Source: Octopus bimaculoides
Lineage: Eukaryota
Length of the DNA: 40,204 nucleotides
Assembly (NCBI RefSeq): GCF_001194135.2
Contig: NC_068994.1
Coordinates: 1,916,048 to 1,956,251, forward strand
Direction of reading: 5' to 3'
Shown one piece after another: positions 13,071 through 24,039 of this stretch. Made by a program: the position numbers and the translations under genes. Positions within the stretch are counted from its first letter, which is position 1, and each line of letters opens with the position of its first letter. Below the pieces are notes generated by a model. The model saw only the letters and a program-made list of their open reading frames with translations, did no database searches and was not told where the DNA came from.

Positions 13071-13435
13071 TTCATCAAGCCATGGGACCGATATGGCTAC
13101 TGATAATCTGTGAGAAAACCCAGTAAAAATGAGTTTAAATTAAATAATTTGAGAAAAAGTCTAAAATGTCTCAGGGGTGATGGTTCAAACGTCTTGAAAA
13201 TCAGATGAAGGTTTTGGGGTTATTTGCTGTGCCAATGGGCCCATAAATGAATCTGAATAAATGAAGTAGCAACAGACACACATGCACACATGCAACCGCA
13301 TGTGCACACACACACACATGCATGCCTGCATACATCTCAAATATGCATTTACTGAAATCATTTAACATGCTCTCGTTGTTTCATTATAGTTTCTCACACA
13401 TTATCAAAAGCCATATTGGTCCATGGCCTGATGAA
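13071..13435. mobile_element. MITE-like element with about 48-bp terminal inverted repeats
   Basis: 13071-13119 and the reverse complement of 13389-13435 align with 7 differences in 49 positions. TTAA lies at 13065-13068 on the left. No matching right-hand TSD is visible. Confidence 0.65.
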
Positions 13436-13739
13436 TCCTGGGGCAGCAAGAATGGCTGCACCCATGTGGCATACACCTACAAGAAACTACTTAAAGGGGT
13501 CAGACTCTGGATGAAGACCACCCCGTCCTAACTCTTCCTTGGATTAAGTTCTTTATATTTGTTGAGAATTCTCCTTGTAATAACCGATTCTAGACCCATA
13601 CCTGTGCATTTGCCCTCTACATCCATACAGTCACTTAATTTGTAAGATTTGGCAGAAAACACTATGAAATGTTGAGTGTTTTACCGAATTAAATATGAAA
13701 ATCTCTTCGAGTTTCTGTACTAAATCAATTTGTTGATAA

Positions 13740-15620
13740 ACAACCTTCTTACACCATCAAACGTTATACAAGGTTATTACTTGAGAGTGTGAAAGATGAT
13801 CTAGAAAATTCTGATTTGAGAGGCTGAGATGATGACCACTACCACAGAACATTTTCATATCAAAACTCAAAAATATTCTACTAGAGTTAAGGAGTTAACA
13901 CCCTTCAAAGCAGACCTCTTAGATTTAGTGGTGAACATAAAATTCCATAAATACGCCAACCTCCATTTTTTTTTTTTAAAGTAAACTTAGCAGACACAAG
14001 AAAGATTAAGGCTTCTGGCAATAAATATTTTTGGACAAGACAAATGACATCAATGAATCAGGCTGCAATAAATATAACAAATTGATACTTGATAACATAA
14101 TTAATAAATCTATAAAGACAAACACTAACACTTATATTGCTATCAAGGAAGAAGCTAAGTTTATAGCCAAAATAATTAAGATGGATAACATAATAAAATA
14201 CCAAGCTAACTGAGAAACCGTCATAATGTTAAAAGATCAGAAACCAGTTTTCACAAACAAACCTCGCTGTAGACTAATAAATCCAGCAAAGATACAAATA
14301 GGCTTAATTAGCCAAAAATAAAAATAAAAATGCAACAAAAAAATAAGAAAAAAAAAAGATATCAGAAAATCAACACGGAATTAAGAGTAAGGTAGATATC
14401 AGCTGGTTGAGGGACATACAATATCAGGCAACAGTTATATTTATACAGTTATCTATTATGGATGTCTAGGCCCCCTCCCCTCTAATTAAGGCCACAAAAC
14501 TCACTAGTATATACATCAGCAATAAAGCACTGGATGTTGAGGCAATCATTCATGCATGCAAAGCTCTAAATTTTAATAAAAAGGTAGTCTCAGTCCAAAG
14601 ACCTGAATCCACACTCCTATTTCATGTTTTGACAGACTTTTAGCACACTGTCCTATGGTCTGGTCAGTCGTTCTATACGAGACCTATTTCAAACTAACTT
14701 TGTCAATTCCAACACTGACTTATACCATGTTTAGGAATATACCATATCATTCAACTGCAATGGCACTCAGACCCTAGATACTTTCAGGCAAAGTCTCAGA
14801 GCCACTTTCAACAGTCTGGGACTGAGGATTACTGTTGTTATTAACTTAGGTAATTTCTGATTTCTTAGGCATGTCTCTGAAGATGGAATCATGGACTTAC
14901 CTATTGTTACATTAACCAAATGAGAAATTTTGGTTTACTAATAGATACTCATGCCAAGTGTTTAGAACCCTTATCTTTAATTTCAGTGTGAGAATCTCTA
15001 AACTTATTTCTTCTTAAGAAATTTGTGATAAAATGGTCTCTGTCGACAACAGGGCCAAAGTAAAGAACAACTTCGGGGAGAAATCTCCTACAACAAATAG
15101 ACTCAATGCAAGAATTGGTCTGACATGATTATTTTAAATGTTAAAACCAATGTAAGAGGGACATTTTTGATCCCTTTCAGATATGCTTTTTCCAGTTAGT
15201 TGTAAAATCAGGCAGTTTTTCCAAGGGTCTCCAATGAAAATCAGCAACAGCTGTACTTCCAACAAGTAAACATTCACTCACCACCAGCAAAGTTATTAAT
15301 CCTGGGGTACAGGTTGTTCATTCTGAAAGGCAGACATTTGTCCCTTAGATCAAACATGCAATATAAAATCGATTGTGCATGGATCTGGAATTATCTCAAC
15401 CAAGCTGAACCAGATTGTTAAAAAGAAAATGAAATTCTTATGGTTACAGCTGAAGGAACGTTCAAAGGTTTCATATTCCCACATGTGGAAACTAAGAGAG
15501 CACAATGCCGACAATGATATCATGTGGGCAATCCTAGAACAACCGCAGTCATACACCAACTGGTCAAGAAAAGATAACAGAAAAGAATACAAATTATATA
15601 CGAAGATACAAAAACACTTG
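13740..15620 (+). mobile_element. Decayed Penelope-like element (RT + C-terminal GIY-YIG), many stops and frameshifts
   Basis: Motifs occur in the expected order: KELTPFKADLLDLVVNIKF, DKTNDI, LKDQKPVFTNKPRCRLINPAK, SWLRDI..FIQ, LGLRIT, DFLGMSL, NVKTNV, ISNSCTSN, and SHMWKLREHNADNDIMWAILEQPQSYTNWSRK (GIY-YIG C-terminal region). Confidence 0.8.
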
Positions 15621-15858
15621 TAGGATCTGCCTGAACATCAAAAATAAAAGATTCAGAAATGCCCTCATGCAGATCAGTATATTATCTTCCACAGGAAAAT
15701 TTCACAATCATCAGGTTAACCTGCAAACATGCTAACCTTCATTTTACTATTTTTCTTTGTTCAAATATTTGCTGGTCCACATGGGTAAGAAGCAAAGGTA
15801 CAAATTTTTCTGGGTGAGTTACAACACTGTTTGTAGAGTAGACATATCATTGGCAAAT

Positions 15859-16075
15859 ATATGGGTGGATAAAGAATTCGAGGTAGTCACAGTATGCGAC
15901 TGAACAGTTAAGTTAAAGCTAGTTTGGACATTATGACAGCAACATTTATCTCTGCCCATGCTGGACAATTTTGAGTTTACAGATGAGCAGAATGATTGTT
16001 TCTCTGGAGTCCTCATGAAGTCACCAATCATGATAATGACTGGTGACTTCATTTGACATATTGGAAAAGCCCTGA
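15859..16075 (+). mobile_element. RTE-type LINE, AP-endonuclease relic
   Basis: IWVDKEFEVVTVCD*TVKLKLV, ATFISAHA and IMIMTGDFI*HIGK resemble the APE motifs IISAYAP and GDFNGHVG. Confidence 0.7.
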
Positions 16076-16171
16076 GAACCATAAAAAATACCAAAATGGT
16101 ATTATCACATCTCCAACAATGAACTGCATGCATCCATCAGCCTGCAAACTTCCACCTCACAGTTATCTGCT

Positions 16172-16330
16172 GCATGGTACGGATATGTCTTCCATCTCCT
16201 CCTGCCAGATCATCCTATCAGGGCTTTACTCTCATTTAACACAGCAGGTGGAAGGTGGCCCTGTGGCAGGCCCCGCACTAGATGGTTGGACGTGGTTAAG
16301 GAAGAGGCTTGGCGTCACATTGAAGGATGC
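16172..16330 (+). mobile_element. RTE-like LINE ORF C-terminal fragment (different subfamily from 17328)
   Basis: AWYGYVFHLLLPDHPIRALLSFNTAGGRWPCGRPRTRWLDVVKEE matches the WxGHVxR...RPRGRPRxRWxD signature. Confidence 0.7.
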
Positions 16331-16339
16331 AGCAGTGAA

Positions 16340-16413
16340 TCACTGGGGTCGATGTAATTGACTAAACCGCCTCCCCAACAAAATTTCAGGCCTTGTGCTT
16401 TTAGTAGACAGTA

Positions 16414-16456
<43 letters not shown>

Positions 16457-16675
16457 CATTATTAATGTCATTATTAACATGGCACGTTGGCAGAATCATT
16501 AGCACGCTGGCTAAAATGTTTAATGGAATTTCATATGCCTTTATGTTCTGAGTTCAAATTCCATTGAGGTTTCACCTTTTCATCCTTCCAGGGTCTATAA
16601 AATAATTACTACTCAAGTACTGGGGTCAATGTTATCGACAAACCCCATCCCCAAAAACTTCAGGCCTGAAACGAT
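16340..16675 (+). mobile_element. Two tandem SINE family C copies (3' half, (ATT)n tail, then a diverged full copy)
   Basis: 16340-16405 cactggggtcgatgtaattgac...aaatttcaggccttgtg; (ATT)n at about 16415-16460; 16480-16675 tggcagaatcattagcacg...gagttcaaattcc... Confidence 0.8.
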
Positions 16676-17327
16676 TATTATTATTTATTCTTTTAGGAGA
16701 AAAGATTATTATTTTTATTATTACACTTTCTTGCAATGCAAGGATATAAAATATTGGTTTTTGTTGTGTTTTCCCTTTCATGTCGGTTGAGAATCTTAAC
16801 AAAAGACCTTAAACAAAAGGTACTTTGTAAGAATACAAGCTGCTCCAAAAACAGCAGATGTTTGCAGCACTTACATGTCTGTCTTGATGGCCAACCATTC
16901 CAGGTGGTAAGATAGTTCTTTTGAAAATTAAACCTACCACTCCAATGCCAACTTCCACTTTTGCTGTTAGCCAAGTTATTTTTCAGATCATTACATTGAA
17001 AATAGTATATATTGAGATCTTTTTTACTTCTTTGTCTACAATATTTTTGTCTAAAGGAATTAATGTGTCTATTAGAAGACATCCTTTCATATCATTATGT
17101 CATGTATAACGATATTATGTCTGCAGTGTTCTGTCTGTCTCGGCGTCAAAATCCCGTACAATTTTGAGTTTATCAAATTCATTTACAGCCTTTTCTGTTG
17201 AATAATGTTGTACCATTTGTCTGAAGAACTGTAGCCATCTTTTTTACAAAGTAAATTCAAAAATAGAAAATAAAAAACAGGAAAAAGTCAATTAGATGTA
17301 CACAGTGAATATATTAGATTGATGCTA

Positions 17328-18104
17328 AGAATAGGATGGAGAAAGTTCAGAGAAATTTTATCTCTGTTGGCAACCAAAGGTCTCTCTCTCTCTCTTTCTC
17401 TCTGAGTAAAGGGAAGACTGTATGATACATGTGTACGAATTGCAATGCTGTATGGTAGTGAGATGTGGGCCCTGAATGCAGAGGACAAGCAAAGGCTGGA
17501 GAGGAATGAAGCTGGTATGCTCTACTGGATGTGCAATGTCAGTGAGGAAATGTGCAACAAAGCATTGATATATCGATAGAAGTTGGCCATAAGAGGGATT
17601 ATAGGTAGTGTGCAAGAGAGGAGACTTCTGGTTTGGTCGTGATGTGAGGATGAATGAGAACAGTTGTATGAAGAAATGCTGATTATTTAAAGTGGAAGAA
17701 GTTGTAGAAGAGGGAGACCCAGACACGGACTGAAGTATTGAAGGCCAATCTCAAAATGTTGAGACTTTTGAAAGAAATGACAAAGAACCATATTGCTGTA
17801 TTCGAGAAGATCAGCTTGCCACAACAGAATCGAGATCCTAAAACCAAGGTGTCACATAGAAAGCATTGGTGTGGGTGCTAGTGCCACATAAAAAGCACTA
17901 GTGTTGGCACCATGTAAAAAGCACCCCGTACGCTTTGTAAAGTGGTTGGCATTAGGAAGGGCATCCAGCTGCAGAAACCATGTCAAAACAGACTATGGAA
18001 CCTGGTGCAGCCCCTGGCCTTGCCAGGTCCTGTCAAGCTGTCCAACCCATGCTAGCGTCGAAAATGGACATTAAATGTTAATGATGATGATGATGACGAC
18101 GATG
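17328..18104 (+). mobile_element. 5'-truncated RTE LINE (post-RT coding region, 3'UTR, (TGA)n tail)
   Basis: Translates RIGWRKFREILSLLATKGLSL[(CT)n]RVKGRLYDTCVRIAMLYGSEMWALNAEDKQRLERNEAGMLYWMCNVS. The 3'UTR is homologous to family E. Confidence 0.9.
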
Positions 18105-18654
18105 AGTGAAAGTTTCAGATGGAAAAATAGGAGTGGAAATTATGTTTGAAGCTTGGCCCTTCCTTGGAGAGAGGGAGAATTCCAGAGAGGAGGAAAAGAA
18201 AGAAGCTGAAAGTTCAGAGAAAGGCACATGTGTTGTTCCGTGGCCGGAAAATAACCAGGATGTCTCTGATGTTGTTTCTGAGTTGACGATTTGTAGCTTG
18301 CTGCAAAAGTGTCAATATCTTCCTTTCACCAATGACACAGGGGCCTGTTGTTAGTCGAAGTGGTGGCTTACATGCCCTCACTTCAACAGTCTTTAGTTTG
18401 ATTATCATCATGTTACAGTTGTTCTACAACTTCAGTGCCCACCACTATTAACCACTTTTTAGATTTACTTTCACCTCTAAATGTTTTGGGATCAAATCCT
18501 ATACAAGGTCAGCTTTGATTTTTATCCTCTCAGGGTCAACAATATGAATTCTTGTAATAAGATATACTTTCATTATTTATTGAACACATCAGCTTTTTTA
18601 GGAAGTTAGTCCTTTATCTAAATAAAACTATACTGAGATGTATATATATATAGA

Positions 18655-18765
<111 letters not shown>

Positions 18766-19284
18766 CTATATATACACACACATATATATATATACACTTG
18801 CATATATGTATGTATATGTATATATAGATATATGTGGGTGTGTTTGTGAGTGTGTGTGTGTCTGTATATATTGGCATAAATTATTCTATGGATTCACACA
18901 TTGAATGATTATGTCTATGCGTGCATACGTATGTTTGCATGCACACATTTACAAACACGCACACATACATACGTGTGTGTGTATATATCTTTGTTTGTAC
19001 ACACATGTTCATATATATTTGCATATTTGTGTGTGCATGTGTTGGTTGTAATATTAGAGTTCAATGCCAGTAGGGGCTGCCAGTTTTGCCCCTTAATTGA
19101 TCGATGAGCTCCATAGAGCTTAGATTGATGGGGTTTCTTCACTATGCATACACTATCAACCACATGCACACATACAACTGCATGCACACACACACACACA
19201 CTCACACATGTACTTTACATGCCTACACACAAACATCTGAGCTGCATACAACATATGTGTACTTTTGAACACAGGAATTCACAT

Positions 19285-19790
19285 TGTCTGTCTATCTTTC
19301 TATCTGTCTGTCTGTCTGCCTATCTGTCTGTCTGACTGTCTGTCAATCAGTCAGTTTGTCTCTCTGTTTATCTATCTATCTGTCTGTCTGACTGTCTGCC
19401 TATCTATCTATCTGTGTCTGTCTGTCTATCTTTCTATCTATCTATCTATTTATCTATCTATCTACCTGTCTGTCCGACTGTCTGTCAGTCAGTTTGTCTA
19501 TCTGTTTATCTATCTATCTGTGTCTGTCTGTCTGTCTGCCTGTCTATCTATCTATCTTTTTATCTATCTATCAGTCTGTCTACCTGTCTGTGTGTCTGTC
19601 CGTCCGTCTGTCTGTCTATCTATCTACCTGTCTGTCCGACTGTCTGTGAGTCAGTCAGTTTGTCTATCTGTTTATCTATCTACCTGTGTCTGTCTGTCTG
19701 TCCGTCTGTCTATCTATCAGTCTGTCTACCAGTTTGTCTGTCTGGCTGTCAGTAGGTTTGTTTGTCTATCCATTGCCTGTCTATCTATCC
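19285..19790. repeat. Compound (TCTA/TCTG)n tetranucleotide array with higher-order repetition
   Basis: The block gactgtctgtc..agtcagtttgtct(a/c)tctgtttatctatc recurs near 19334, 19476 and 19637. Confidence 0.9.
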
Positions 19791-20225
19791 ACCACCACCA
19801 CTACCACCACCACCACCACCACGACACTCAATATTTGGTACGCAGTACAGAGTTTCTGGCTGTTTGCATACATTGAAGTAGGCCATCCCTGGTGCCACTG
19901 CAGTCATGTGTTCTTTGTTGTTCACCAAAACTTCAGTCTTTGTCAACCCCTGACACTCCACTCCCAACTCTGATTCCGGGTTTCAAATTCTCTTGTAATT
20001 CTTCAACAGATTCAGCAGTTGTAAACTAAGACCTCAACATAAACATTATGAATGTCCCACAAACAGTCAGCCTTGAACTCCAGCTACAAAAATTTGTACA
20101 AATATACATACACATATAGGCACAGATATATACATATGTATGTACATACATGTGTGTATATCACTATATATGTTTCTATGTATGTATGTCTCTTCTGGTT
20201 TTAAATTATTATAAATCTTCCACTA

Positions 20226-20389
20226 AGGCGCAGGAGTGGCTGTGTGGTAAGTAGCTTGCTTACCAACCACATGGTTCCGGGTTCAGTCCTACTGTGTGAC
20301 ACCTTGGGCAACTGTCTTCTACTATAGCCTCGGGCCGACCAAAGCCTTGTGAATGCATTTGGTAGATTGAAACTGAAAGAAACTTGTCA

Positions 20390-20426
<37 letters not shown>

Positions 20427-20645
20427 GCACGTGTTTGTGTATCTGTGTTTGTTCTCCCACCATCACTTGACAACCCGATGTTGGTGTGTTTACATTGCTG
20501 TAACTTAGTGGTTTGGCAAAAGAGACCAATATAATAAGTACTAGGCTTACAAAGAATAAGTCTTGGGGTCAATTTGCTCGACTAAAGGCGGTGTTCCAGC
20601 ATGGCCACAGTCAAATGACTGAAACAAGTAAAATAAAAAAATAAA
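20226..20645 (+). mobile_element. SINE family A, best-preserved full-length copy
   Basis: tRNA-like head ggcgcaggagtggctgtgtggtaag...ggttccgggttcagtcc, ccttgggcaa core, central (TA)n, and actgaaacaagtaaaataaa tail. Confidence 0.9.
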
Positions 20646-20679
20646 TAAATAAAATGTCTCTTCTGCAATCACAATGTAT

Positions 20680-21004
20680 CTAAGACTACATCGTTTAAGA
20701 CTGGCACTCCATTGGTTATAACGGTGAAGATTTCAATGGAACAGCCTGCTTGTGAAATGAACATGCAAGTGGCTGAGTAATCCACAGACAACATATCCTT
20801 AATGTAATTCTCAGGGAGATTCAGCATAACACAGTGTGACGAGGCTGGCCCTTTGTGTTACAGGTGTAACTCAGTTTTGTCAGGTGAGTGGATTGGAGCA
20901 ATAAAGTGACTTGCTCAAGGATACCATGTACCACCTGGAATTGAACTCATGACCTTACAATTGCGAGCTGAATCCCCCTAACCACTAAGCTACATGCCTT
21001 CACT
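20680..21004 (-). mobile_element. SINE family B (tail type B2)
   Basis: The minus-strand head gtgaaggcatgtagcttagtggttag, B-box gagttcaattcc and ccttgagcaagtcactt core match B1. The 3' part is unrelated to the 3683 copy. Confidence 0.8.
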
Positions 21005-21044
21005 CACAACGTTATTTAATTTATCTTTCACATGTGTAAGACAG

Positions 21045-21118
21045 CAGGGTGTGATTTGAAGGAGATTTAGTTGCTATTTGTAGCAGCTGGAGTAGCCTGA
21101 AAGAGGTCTTCCTCATTG

Positions 21119-21161
<43 letters not shown>

Positions 21162-21335
21162 TGGGGTTCTGTGACCAAACAGGGGAATTTGGTAAGGTGA
21201 GAGTTAAAATCATAGACAGGGACCATTCTCTCATTCTTGGGTCTTCAAATGAATGAATAACTGGAGGCACCAGAAGACATGAGTTCTATGTGGTTCCTGC
21301 TGTTACTAGAAATAACAGCCAAATATCCTTCTGAC
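21045..21335. mobile_element. Two short family D tail fragments in opposite orientation (21045-21095 minus; 21290-21335 plus)
   Basis: Both match ctagRaatagcagccaaatctYcct seen at 27460-27490. Confidence 0.55.
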
Positions 21336-22033
21336 TGATAATAATTTTGATGAAGTTGGAGAATGCAATGACGATGATGATGATGAGGTGGTTGTGGTGG
21401 TGGAGGTGGTAATGGTGGTGGTAGTTGTGATGGTTGTGGTGGTAGTGATAGTGGTGGTGGTGAGAGTAGTACGTCTAGACCAATTGGTGAGATACCAATC
21501 CCTGTAAGGTCAGAACTCTCATGTGGACTGTTGCCAAGGTAACAACAGAGAGGCCACCAATACACTGTTCTCTGTCACACACACACACACGCTTACTGCC
21601 ACCACCACTACTACTATACATAAACATTTATGAGTGTTTGTTTATGTATACATACATACACAGACGTATGTACAACCATATACACGTGTGTGTGAGTATG
21701 TGTGTGCACGCGTATGCATGTGTTTGCATGTGTATTTGTGAGTGTCTGTGTCTGTGTGTATGTTTTTAAAGATCAGGAGTTATATAAGACAACAAACTGT
21801 TAAGATATATTAATTTACATAAAAGTCACAATCGTCTAAATGTGTAGTGTGTGTGTACGTATGTGTGTATGTGTGTGCGCATATGTCTGTGTGTGCGTGT
21901 GCGCATGTATGAGAATATATGCATATATACATACATGAATGTACATATACATGTAATACTCATTGTAAGCCATCACATGATGTCTAGACAAGGATGCACA
22001 TATACACAGACAAGCATACACACACACACACAC

Positions 22034-22073
<40 letters not shown>

Positions 22074-22113
22074 ACACATATATATATAAACATACATATA
22101 TATATATACATAT

Positions 22114-22146
<33 letters not shown>

Positions 22147-22962
22147 ATTATGTGTATTTCTTCTATCTTAATGAATAAAAATTCTTCTGATAGAATAAAT
22201 GGGTTAATAGAAACCAATGTAGCAAAGAACACAAAATAACTGTGGTTTAGTTCCTGTTTTTAAGGCAGGAACTCCTTGAAATTTTGGGTATTTGAGTATA
22301 NNNNNNNNNNNNNNNNNNNNNNNNNNNNNNNNNNNNNNNNNNNNNNNNNNNNNNNNNNNNNNNNNNNNNNNNNNNNNNNNNNNNNNNNNNNNNNNNNNNN
22401 NNNNNNNNNNNNNNNNNNNNNNNNNNNNNNNNNNNNNNNNNNNNNNNNNNNNNNNNNNNNNNNNNNNNNNNNNNNNNNNNNNNNNNNNNNNNNNNNNNNN
22501 NNNNNNNNNNNNNNNNNNNNNNNNNNNNNNNNNNNNNNNNNNNNNNNNNNNNNNNNNNNNNNNNNNNNNNNNNNNNNNNNNNNNNNNNNNNNNNNNNNNN
22601 NNNNNNNNNNNNNNNNNNNNNNNNNNNNNNNNNNNNNNNNNNNNNNNNNNNNNNNNNNNNNNNNNNNNNNNNNNNNNNNNNNNNNNNNNNNNNNNNNNNN
22701 NNNNNNNNNNNNNNNNNNNNNNNNNNNNNNNNNNNNNNNNNNNNNNNNNNNNNNNNNNNNNNNNNNNNNNNNNNNNNNNNNNNNNNNNNNNNNNNNNNNN
22801 NNNNNNNNNNNNNNNNNNNNNNNNNNNNNNNNNNNNNNNNNNNNNNNNNNNNNNNNNNNNNNNNNNNNNNNNNNNNNNNNNNNNNNNNNNNNNNNNNNNN
22901 NNNNNNNNNNNNNNNNNNNNNNNNNNNNNNNNNNNNNNNNNNNNNNNNNNNNNNNNNNNNNN

Positions 22963-22999
<37 letters not shown>

Positions 23000-23082
23000 T
23001 ATATTGTCACCATTTCATATTTTTAATTTTGCACCAGCATTTTTTTGTTTTTGATTTTGATGTGTGTGTGTGTGTGAATATA

Positions 23083-23891
23083 CAGGGTGCAATGGGTAAA
23101 TTGTTGCCATTTTATCTTTTTAATTTCGCACATGTACATTGTTTGTTTTCGATTGTGTTGACCACACAGTATAGAGGGTCAGTTGGGCACCATCTGTGAG
23201 AAAAACTGCACCATGATGCAATTCACTCTGCCAGAAATTTGGAATTGACATGCTGTACAGCTTGGCATTCGTACCAGAAGCTCCAATATGAATGTTTGAG
23301 TGTTTGGGTGTCAATCTGAGGACATGTACTGAGAGTGATAAAAAACAAACATCCAGTCAACTTCATGGTGTCTGGAGTGATCACTAATAATCGCGACGTT
23401 ATGCCTCCATTTATCTTCCCACACAGCCTCAGACTCAACACAGAGGCCTACATCAAATGCCTGGAGGAGGTAGTGCTGCCCTCAGTCAATAGGGTGGCTG
23501 CTGGAAGACCCTTTGTCTGGCAACAGGACTCTTCATGCCATACAAGCAGGAGGACCCAGTCATGGCTGTCAGACAATTTCTGCAACCACATCAGCCCGGA
23601 CATCTGGCCATCCAACTCTCCACACTGTGACCCCCTCAATTATTATGTATGGGGCACAGTTGAACAAGAGACCAACAAAACTCCTTGTAACACCAGAGAT
23701 GAACTGAAGGCAAGGATTGTGATGGCAGCATTCACCAACTGAAACAAGGAGACCCTCCAGAAGAGTTGCAGGAGATTCCAAAGTCATCTGGAGGCTGTGG
23801 TTGAAACCAATGGCGATTTTATTGAATAAATTTACTCTTTAGTATTTCAAGATATCTTTATGTAATTTTGGTAAATATATCTGTTAAAATG
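23083..23891 (+). mobile_element. Non-autonomous maT (DD37D-type) Tc1/mariner, internally deleted
   Basis: TA|cagggtgcaatgggtaaattg left end. An N-terminal stub (MMQFTLPEIWN*HAVQLGIR) is fused directly to KHPVNFMV...QQDSSCHTSRRTQSWL...WPSNSPHCDPLNYYVWG. Restoring the codon present in the 2.7-kb copy gives 37 residues between QQD and the PL(D>N) position. No right TIR is visible. Confidence 0.9.
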
Positions 23892-24039
23892 TGCTAGGCC
23901 AAGAATCATGACCCCCCCCCCCTATGAGAATAGACTAACCGAACTCGTATATGTAGCAGCATGGTCATGTGAGAGCAATAGATGAGAAATCACAGGAATT
24001 CGAAAGGTGTCGTCTGTGAATTTGTGGAGTCTCAGGAAA

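Noticed and set aside
13428-13490. CUGAUGA followed by a hairpin and a later GAAAC as a hammerhead ribozyme
   Set aside because: The hairpin is not directly flanked by the two core boxes, and CUGAUGA is simply part of the MITE arm.
19285-19790. CRISPR-like or other repeat-spacer array (also considered for 28089-28390)
   Set aside because: There are no constant-length repeats with unique spacers, no cas genes, and the context is eukaryotic.
23335-23742. 135-aa ORF as an active transposase or domesticated gene
   Set aside because: The first catalytic region is deleted, the third Asp is changed to Asn, the N-terminus contains stops, and there is no right TIR.
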